From Vicugna vicugna (lineage: Eukaryota), in assembly GCA_013265495.1 (NCBI GenBank), contig MU058423.1, forward strand, positions 1,315,061 to 1,379,060: a DNA stretch of 64,000 nucleotides, in the 5' to 3' direction. Of the stretch, positions 54,568-64,000 are shown piece after piece (position 1 is the stretch's first letter; each line of letters begins with the position of its first letter). The notes below the pieces were generated by a model. That model saw only the letters and a list, made by a program, of their open reading frames with translations. It searched no databases and was not told the DNA's origin. The position numbers and the translations under genes were made by a program.

Positions 54568-57500
54568 CTCAAAGATGAAGCCACAAGGAATTCTCAAAAA
54601 GTCCCATAAATGTGGTTTTCTGGTATTCCAAATCATTACAATTACATGACCTATCTTTCAGGACCGGCCCATTGAAACAAGGAAACAAGAAGCTTCCAAA
54701 TCATGAAACAGAACACAGTACAAAACTTACCAGGGCAATCCACAGTACAATATATTCGTCAATAAAGCTGTTAAAATACTGGTCCAGAAACAAAAGTGCT
54801 GGACCTATGAATGCTGTGTCATGCAAATGCATTTCGCTTTTGGTCATGTGCGCCACCTACGAATAAAACAGAATCAGTGATGTAGGCATTTTCATATTAG
54901 AGCTACATAGTAAATCAGTATTGTTATCAAGTATCAAGTTTCAAGAATTTGTTAGCAATATTTACTGAGTTTCTAAAACTAAAACACAAAGTGGGTAGAT
55001 CTATACACCAAAGGGATACACCATGTCCACTAAGGCCCTCTAAGCATGCTTTTCACAAAGAGCCTTTACCTGACTGTACAGATTGAGATTGAAGAATGGA
55101 GACGAACTAACCAAATTAAACTGTGGACAGAAAGAAGTACAGAGGTTCAAGGGGCTTCCGGTAATCCCAAATGGTTAAGACTAAAAACAGCTCCCACGCT
55201 GATGTCAAGAGATTTTGACTAGAGAAGAGCAAACTCTAGAACTGCTTAGGGAGCTACGGGATGAAAACTACGGACTTAAAACCAATATAAGACAAAAGTT
55301 AAAAACAAAATAAACAAAAACTTTGGAGCTTACCACAAGCTTGTTGGTGATTTTGGCAGATACAAAACCAAATGTCAATATATAAAGACAGGGATGCTTT
55401 TCAAAAAGCTGAACTGCTGATTTCTTGTAGATCATTGCAGCTAATGTAATTACTGATCCAATATGGAGAAAAGGAGAAAGGACACTTGTCCCCTGCACAG
55501 AGTAAAGAGAAGTGAGGAGTTAGTCGTGTTCTATATGGATCTGCTTGTTGTAAGACAGATCAGCTCGAACTTCTAAGAACCTCACGGTGTCTGACAGCCA
55601 GCAGATTCTATAACTGAATACCAGAACAGCTACTGGAAAGCAGCAGCATGGACTGGTTAGGCACAGACTGAGGATTTTACTTAAGAGGCCAGACTTACTT
55701 TACAAAGCAGGGCACCCTGAAAAAAAATGTGCATAGAAGTGTTTGGGTGTGTGTGCATGCACAAAAACATGCAATTATAGGCATATAAATGTATATATGT
55801 GTAAATAAAACTGAGAAGTTTTGGCTACTACTTTTTTTTCTTTAAGACTAAGTGGAAACTCTCAATTAACAAGTGATTTTAATCAATTCAAATGAAAAAC
55901 AAAGCAACTACAAAACTAAGTCCTAAGCACCATCATTAGAAATCTTAAGATATACTCACTGCTATTGTTGATCCATTTTTGCCAACACCACCTGTGAAGA
56001 TTACACGGAAGTAGTTTGTACAGGAAAATATGGTCCCTGCTACAGTGCAAAGCGCGGGAAAAATTTTCATTTGAATATTCAGCACTGGAATCTTTAATGG
56101 GTAGAGAGAGAGAACAATTACTACATATACAAATTAAAATAAGAAAACAAAACAGTCAAATACTTGATTCATATTCTGATATATTCTCCATTCCTTCTAT
56201 AGTTTAGTAAATACTTAAATTAATCGAAGCTTCTATCCTTTCCATTATGAGTAATATAACAAGTCTCAAAGATGAGATTATATAGAAATTAATCTCACTT
56301 CTGACACCAACTATTTAAAAAAGTAACTGATTGAACTTGATTAATATGTGTCATAGCTAAGTAAAGTTCATCCCAACAATGAACCAGGCTATCTTCTGGC
56401 CTTTTTATTAAAGAAGTGCACTTTGTCTTTTTCTTTGTGCATTTTTTGAATTCTACCTCTAAATCTGTAATTTGTTACTAAGTGTTATGAGAGAGAAAGC
56501 AGAGAATAAAGGACCAGAAATATTTGAAATTAAGTTTAAAAATTCTGCAAACTGGAGAATGGAAGACAGAAGTTCTACTTAAAAGAGTTCCCAACTGTTA
56601 GGATACAGGCAGCTAGTAAAAACAGAGAGCAACTAAGAAGGCATTCATAGTCAAGGAGCTTCTGGTAATCTCAATTTGTAACTTCACAAAGAGTATAAAC
56701 AGCTCTCATGTTGATGTCAAGAGATTCTGATTGGAGGAGAGTCAACTGAGGGGCAGAGGGAAAAACGTGAAGCACATCCAATAAAGTACAGCTCTATAAT
56801 TGTGGATCCAAAATTTTAACATATAAGTTTACTTCTCAGAAGAAGTAAACACATTTTTATAGTATACGAAAAATATGAATTACCTAAAGTAAGGGGAGTT
56901 CAGTGGATTGAGATCATGTTATCTAATCTTGCAAGCACAATAGCCACCATTTAAAATGAAATACACCTGTACTAAAATGTAAAAGTCATTTAAGATTTTC
57001 TTCCTTTTTGCACCTCTCTTTTTAGCTTTTCTGAAGTCTCTAATTTTGTCCAATATGGATTGGAAAAAAAGCAACAGTAAAATGATATATTCTATTAATT
57101 TTAAACAAATGACTCTAGGAATAAGATTCCAAAGCCCATAATGGTTTAATGGGCACTGAGTTCTTACAATGAAGACATTTTAGTTAGGGCTGTCTACACT
57201 TTTTAGGGATGCCATCTGCCTACACTTTCAAAATCAAATAAGAAATGTGACATGTCCTATTTTTTGTGTGCATAAAACCCAAGTAAAATTGATAGATATA
57301 AAATTTAATGTTTAGATACTTTATTTCTTTAAAATGCTTAAGGTCTCAGTTTATTTAAACAACTCTATGACTCCTGCAAAACTGCAGTCTAAAAAGAAAA
57401 AAAGGAAATCAACTATTCAAATTTCAAGTTGTACTGTGGCAGTGTTTAATTTTCTAAAATGAAACAGGTCAACTTAAAAACTAAGCCCAGAACTTTATGG

Positions 57501-60500
57501 AGCACCTTAAATGGTCTCCTTTCCTTCCCTAATCGATCTCTAAACTGTACAACCCAAATTCAAAGCTTATTTTCAATAAAGGAGAAAATCAACACCATGG
57601 TTGCTTTGAACTCCAAGAGATTTTTCTTTTTTTGCTCTAGTTCGGAAAATCAAGGCTATTACAATCTAATCTGATGCACCTGGCTAAAATTCAATACTCT
57701 GGCTAGTTTCTTTTTCCCTCCAGAGACAAAGCACCTGTCTGGCAAAGGAGGCAATACTATACTCCTTCAGATTTCAGAAGAAGCAAAGCATTAATCCATT
57801 ACAGGGGCACGCCTGTACTAGAGCCAGGGTACTAAATGAGTGCCAACTCTGGTGCAGCAGCAATCTGTGCCACAACCGAAATGAACAGTGTCACAACTGT
57901 ATTTAAAATATGGTGAAAATGCTTTAGGATCATGGAAACTGTTGCCTTTTGAAATAAGAAAAAATAAACAGCAACATTAGAAAAGCCAGGCAAATTAGTA
58001 AATGGCTTGGACCACAAAGTAAGTAAGCAGGCTACAGACTTACAAGCAAAGAATCATAAACATTCTTAGGGCTCTCTTCACTTCTGTCATATATAAGAGA
58101 TATACACCAAAACATAAACCCTTGAGTGTTGGTTTATGTTTGAATTGATTTTTATATTCTTTCTAGAACCCTGGATATTGAAGGTGCCCAGTATAAACTT
58201 GTCAAATGAAGATTAAGATGCTCTTCATTTCTCTTACCCTCTACGTTGAATTAATTTTTGGAGACACTATGAAGACACATCTTGCCCCCACATTGAGAAG
58301 GAAAAAGGAAGTTAGCTACAAGAAAAATCTGAGGCAATGGGAAGGGAAAGCTGAAGTCAGAGAAATTCTGAGTCTCACCAGGTGATCCCTTAAAAATCAG
58401 CACTGACTGAATCACTTATGAAAAGGACTAAAAGCGTTGCCATTTTCACCTCACACTCAAGATCAAGGAGGTGGGCACATCCATCTTTACCAATCTTTTT
58501 CTTTCTGGCCTCATCCTCCTGGAACTCATCCAAGGTGATCAAAGTGCATCCACTGTATAGAAACAGCCAGAAAGCTGTACTTAAAACATCTTTATCTCAG
58601 GCCTTCCCAGAGCGTCGGCAGTCTTTGAGACCAGGAAAAATAAAAACTCCCTTGGGTCATGGTGTCTGCTTTATGCTAGGGTAAAACTTTCTGGATTCGT
58701 GGCATAAAGTTATGCATCCAAATAATATCTATCTTTTTTAAAGATTAAAAAAATCTTAAATTCTCAGATTTACCAGATTAAAACGGACACAGGTTTTGGT
58801 TCAATTGTTTGGATTAAAGCAGAATATCAGTTACTCAACTGTTAGATTAGCTTTCTTATGAGCATAATAAAACATTCTTACAGGCTTTGTAAATTTCAGC
58901 AGAAATAGATAGTATCATTTTGAGATTAGATTCTTCCTTCCGAAGAATGTGGAAACACCTGTTTGTAATGTTAAGTATAAGGGCACTTCTTAAATCTTTT
59001 AGTTTAAGAATGAGCTACAACTAAATTACACTACACAGTAAGTCTTCAGTTCTACCTAATGAATTATGAAACTTAACCTGTAGTAAAACTCACCATTTGC
59101 CTTAACTGGATTCCAGAAGGTGTCTCCTGGTTTAATATATATTTAATCAACCACTACTTTTAAAAGAATCAAAGTCAGTGAAAGTAACCATGAGGGGATT
59201 ATATGTGGTTTCCCTTCCAAAGTGATGACATTCTTTTTTAAAAGAGTGATATATATGACAGAAGATAGTTCCAAGACACACCCTGCAAAAAAGTCTTGTT
59301 TCTTGTAATGTGTAAACCATGCACTAACCTTTGTGCATGAAAATTTCTTTCCTTAAAAAATGGGGGGAACTGCCCCCCACCAAAACCACTCACACAAAAA
59401 AACCCAGCCAACCAAAACCAACCAAAACTAACTGTAACCTTTGGTTAAAAAACCATCTCTTTGAAGGAAAAAAAAAATGGGTAATCCATATGTAGTGGAT
59501 ACAAATCACTTACTTCTGCAAAATAGCTGATCTTCTAAAATCAGTTATACGAAGACATTTGTACTGTTTCTGTTTGTTTTTACCATAAAGTTGCTTTCTT
59601 ACAGATCAGTTAAAGCCTTTCAATGAGGATTTGGAAGGCAATTTCCATTTTATGTATTCAACCTCAAGAGATAAAAATTTCACACTCAGGCTAAATATCT
59701 TCTCTTCATTTCGGCACATAAATAAATCAGAACATTGCATGTAGCAGTCTTTCCTGAACTAACACAATGCAATTAAAAATAGCATATTCAGCAATGAGTC
59801 CACAGGGCCAAGTGAAAAGAAAAAAGAAAAAGTGCTCTGAAGTTGATTATAGGATTCTGTGCTGGAAACTGCTCAAAGAACATAGAATATTTCTCTGAGC
59901 CTTCAAATAAATATCACCAGAGAAGTCAAGTCCTTCCCGTTTAGTTTAATTTATGATACTAACAGCAGAACCAATAATGCTATTAATAAGACAGAAGCCT
60001 GGGAATCTATGTCTCTACTACAACTTAACCTCACTAACCCTAGAACTGGGACCCCCATTTCAGTCTTGGGTCTTAGAGTTCCTTAGATTATCTTTTTAAA
60101 CATATAATAAAAAAGAATGATTATATTATTTTAATTATCAATAAAGATAGGACAAAATATTTGATTCCTTTGAAAGAAAAGAAAATTATGTTATGTACAT
60201 GTACAGGTGGTATGCACAAATCCTAAAAAAAAGGTAACAAGTTTACCTGAAGCCAATTTACTGCCACCTCAAAATTAAGGATATGTGTATAGTCGACATG
60301 AATACGTAACTACACTGACAACAATGCTTTATGTACTTCCATACTGATAAGGATACTTAGGTATATACACCTAATGCTGACTTGTTTTTCAATGATCAAG
60401 CCAGAAATCCCATTTTTCTGTTATTGGTATGCAGAAACATTATGGGCAATTTGTATATGTGTAAGATATGCAAATTAATCTTGGAGGGGGAGAGATTTTG

Positions 60501-62065
60501 GTATAAGACACAAAGTTCATGAAAATCATAATCGGTATAGTCAAGAGATACAAAAAACTTAAGTGGGAGGTTGACTTTAGCTTTATAATCTAGTTTTAGG
60601 AAAAGAAAATCTTTTCTTTCCTTCCTCTACAGCTAAATTGTTTACTACTATTAACTAACAGTTCTATAACTATTTATAACTGTTAACTATTTAACCTACA
60701 GGAGACCAAAAGTAATAATACTCTTTAGTGAGATCTGAGATCTATCTATACGTATATCTATATATAGTGCGTGTATATATATGCACATCTATTTGTATTG
60801 CATATAGATACATATCTATAGATCTCAGATTTCACTAGAACTGTATTGGCTTTTGAGACCAGTGTGTAGGAAAAGATGTGATTTTGAAGGCTATTATGTA
60901 CATGAATGAACAGTTTCAGAATTTTCCTGGTTGACTATGGATTAAGTTTATTCCTTCATCTCCTCCCTTGTCACAACCCTATCTTCCCAGCAAAAGGCAT
61001 TAAACAATTTCTGGTAATAAATACCTAAGGAAGGGTGTTAACTACACTTCCTCAAGTATCTAATTTACCATCATAAAGTAAGTTAGGTAGGGGAAAAATC
61101 TTGCTCAGTAAATTTCCCTTAAACCTTAAAATTAATCTGATTTTTAAGTACTGTGTTCGTGTAGGAGTAGTAAACATTCCACTTGTAAGAGCAGCAACAA
61201 CTTTTTTGAGGGCTTATTTGATAGGCATTGTTCTGAGTGCTTTACACATGCTCATTTAATCCACAAAATAACCTTGTAAGACAGATACTATTATTTCCTC
61301 ATTGTACAGAGGAGGAAACTAAGCCACAGGGAGTTAAACAACAGATGAAGTTCACACAGTAGGCAGTGGAGCCAGGATCAAATTCAGGCAGTCTAGTTCC
61401 TGAGCCTGTGTTCTGGCCCCTGTATTATACCTACTATATTCCCTCTTTTAGAAGTTTGTGGAAAAGAACTTGTGTTTGTAGGAGTGACTATATTTCAGGT
61501 CTGGCTGAAAATCAAGGTCCTGGTAAAACAATCCTATGGCATGGATTTCAATAAGCATTTATTCTGATCTGGGGCCAGAGTTAACTTACTATCAAAATTT
61601 GTTATTCAGCTTTAAGCACATGACAGAGAAACCAGAAAATTTATGTAGTTCAGAAAGAGAAAAGATCTGATTTAATCTTATCATTGGTTTACCTGATATA
61701 CTACCTGCTGTTTCCTCATCTGTAAAATGGGATGACAAGTAATAACTCTGATAGCCTTCAGAAACAGCCATGAAATGGACCTACTGTACCACAGAACTCC
61801 AGGTAGTAAAGTTCACTATGCCCTAAAGAGAAGTCTGTGTCCTACTGATATTGTGACTTTTCATTTTCAGAACGAATAAAACAGTTTTACACATCACCCT
61901 TTAACAGCATTATCCTTTGTTAGGAAAACACAAGCAAAAGACAACACGCATTACATGGGATACACAATGCGAAGAGTTACCATAGACTGCCAAAAAGGTG
62001 GTCCTCCAATCACTGCCAGCAAATGCATGATTATTATGAAGATTTGCACTTCAGTCACATCAATT
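54005..62065 (-). CDS. CEPT1: Choline/ethanolamine phosphotransferase 1, last five coding exons (5' part lies beyond the window)
   Basis: Spliced translation [37 protein letters not shown]...[39 protein letters not shown] matches the CEPT1 C-terminal half. All introns are GT-AG. Confidence 0.96.
54285..54472. mobile_element. MER58-like hAT-Charlie element
   Basis: 'tattttaggctctgtggaccac..caactgctcaactctg..aaaagcagccata..gactgtgttccaataaaacttt'. Confidence 0.75.
54731..54856 (-). CDS. CEPT1: CEPT1 penultimate coding exon
   Basis: tcgtag|[42 protein letters not shown]|gtaagt. Confidence 0.96.
55334..55492 (-). CDS. CEPT1: CEPT1 coding exon
   Basis: gtgcag|[53 protein letters not shown]|gtaagc. 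Confidence 0.96.
55960..56091 (-). CDS. CEPT1: CEPT1 coding exon
   Basis: ttaaag|[44 protein letters not shown]|gtgagt. Confidence 0.96.
60726..60837. repeat. Inverted repeat (20-bp arms, TA-rich spacer)
   Basis: TAGTGAGATCTGAGATCTAT (60726-60745) against ATAGATCTCAGATTTCACTA (60818-60837): 19/20 complementary. Confidence 0.85.
61195..61430 (-). mobile_element. MIR SINE
   Basis: 'ggcattgttctgagtgctttacacat..ctcatttaatcc..acagaggaggaaactaag..ggagccaggatcaaattcaggcagtct'. Confidence 0.8.
61981..62065 (-). CDS. CEPT1: CEPT1 coding exon (most 5' in window)
   Basis: aatcag|[29 protein letters not shown]|gtaact. Confidence 0.95.
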
Positions 62066-62849
62066 CTGATTAGGTACAAAAAGCCAAAAAAGCAGAATTA
62101 CTCAAAACAATTTCAAGTTAATTACTTGCAAGCTTAGCAGCATTCCTCTATCATGCACAATAGAAAAAAAAATCTCAAATATCGAGGAAAGGGGAAAAGG
62201 AGATGTCAAAAATTTGTTATGAGCAAAATCAAATAAAATCCAGAGCCTTTTAATTTAATTTGATGAATTTCACAGAGCAATAAAAACCCCTCCTTTCTAA
62301 AGGAAATTTCTGTCTCATTGAAGTTGGGCTGAAACTATAGCTTAACCTTTCACAAAAAAAAAAAAAAAAAAAAAGAAGTGTATGTGTATTAAAGTCCAAG
62401 TATCAAGCAGAGAATTGCACTGCACTGCTTTAAAATACGAGATCTTGAAATAAGTGCTTTGTGGTATCAAACAGAAGAAATGGTGAGCTGTTACTAAAGT
62501 GACATAAATCACTGATACCTTGCAAAACTTACTGCCCTTTAGATATATTCATTTAATGCCAACAGTGGTATGGGTGAAAAAAAAATGCACCCAATTCTCA
62601 ATCAAATCCTTATGCTTATTAGGTTCTAAGATGTCTGGAAAGAAGATACTGAAAGCAGCCAGGAATTAGCTTTGAAGTTGCTGAAAATAATCTTACAGTC
62701 AAGAAGAGACAAACCTGGTACAAAAACAGGGCAGTAGAAAATTAGAAGTCTGAAAGTATGAAAAAAGAATACGGGCAAAAAGACTGAGAAGCAAAGCATA
62801 AACTCATGTTCCTTTTCCTCTGTCAACGAGCACTTGTCATTCTCAGATT

Positions 62850-63345
62850 ACGGGATCCAAATGCCTTCTGATTTTGGTGATTTACCCTACAGGTATGCTT
62901 GCACAAAATGTCTGTACAAGGCTATTCAGTACAGCACTATTTATAGAAGAAAATTTTTAAAAAGAAATCCCTCAGTGAGGGAGCAGTTGTAGAAATTATG
63001 GTACTTCCATACAACGAACTACTGGGACAGCTTTCTGCGTAGTGACATGGAAAAGTACCAAAGCTATATTAGGTGAAAAAAAAAGTTCCGGAATGCCTAT
63101 ATGCTACTTTTTGTATTAAAAAAGAAGAAAAATGGTATTCCATTTAAAATTTTGCCAATAATTACATAACAAATTTCTGGAAGGACACATTGCAAACTAA
63201 GAGCAGTGGGGACCTACTGGAGAGGACAGTGTGAGAACTGGATAGCTGGGAGATGAGGATGAGGAGACTATTCACTGCATACTTTTTTTATAATGTTAGT
63301 TTTTAAACAAAGTGACTAATTTAACTATTAAGAAGGTAAACTAAA
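62850..63345 (+). mobile_element. Old L1 (L1ME-like) 3' fragment
   Basis: 'caaggctattcagtacagcactatttatag..aaattatggtacttccatacaa..tatattaggtgaaaaaaa..tttctggaaggacac'. Confidence 0.6.
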
Positions 63346-64000
63346 AAGAAAATCAGTCTAAGAAAAATGACAGCAACAACAGCAACGGGACCTACTCCCA
63401 GAGAAGAATGGAGCCCCCATTTCTAAAATTGATACTTCAAGCAGACAATCTATAATGTGAGCTTAAGATACATAAGCTCTCATGCTCATAATAAATTACT
63501 AGATTGAAACCAGTCTCTCACAACTAAAAAACTGATCTTTGATTGCTCAAGAATGTATTAAGCTGCAAACATAGTGATGTAGTTATCTTGATATACACAT
63601 TTATTAGAAAAAAAAATGGACTGAATTAGGCTAAAAAGAATCTGTAGAGCTGACCTGGTGAGTGGTGTTGCCAATAAAGGGAATTACACTCAGTAGCAGA
63701 CTCAGGAGACTAAGCAGGTGTCAAAGATGTTCGACTCTGTCTTGGGTGGAGGAGGGCAGACATCTTACAACATTTGCTGGATATATGAAGTAGCCTTTTG
63801 GGAGGGGAAGGGCCAGAAGTATAGAATTACAAAATAAAAATGGAGGGAACCTCATGCAATTAATCTTTGTACCCTGGACAAATGAATGTAAAAGGAACAG
63901 GAAACATGAAAAATCTTTACAAAGTCCCAAATCAGGATCCTAGGGGAAGTTTTATGGATTAGCCTGTTTGGAAATTTTGGAAGACAGAATTTCCTAAACC

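Noticed and set aside
1..64000. Prokaryotic-type systems (CRISPR arrays, operons, rRNA)
   Set aside because: The window is intron-containing mammalian DNA. No regularly spaced repeat-spacer array or rRNA similarity was seen.

Overview
Mammalian genomic DNA, probably camelid given four tRNA-Ala-derived vic-1-like SINEs, syntenic to the human CHI3L2-DENND2D-CEPT1 locus. It contains four gene-derived parts. (1) A complete, intact DENND2D on the + strand, with two alternative first coding exons (33102 and 36936) and 11 shared exons to the stop at 50707, giving 468 or 472 aa. A CpG-island promoter carries a perfect IRF element. (2) The last five coding exons and 3' UTR of CEPT1 on the - strand, tail-to-tail with DENND2D. 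(3) A broken CHI3L2 (YKL-39) pseudogene on the - strand. Only exons 5, 6, 9, 10 and the 3'-UTR exon were recognisable, with a nonsense codon and lost splice sites. (4) An orphan but still open CHIA-type last exon encoding a six-cysteine CBM14 chitin-binding domain, about 2.6 kb downstream of CHI3L2. The rest is mostly interspersed repeats (L1, L2, MIR, MaLR/ERV LTRs, hAT and Tigger relics). Notable unexplained items are a TSD-flanked, polyadenylated ~310-bp retroposed sequence in DENND2D intron 8, a tripartite rearranged L1 insertion, and a MER41-like solo LTR just upstream of DENND2D. Gene and repeat names come from recalled similarity, not database searches. Most entries in the ORF track are spurious.
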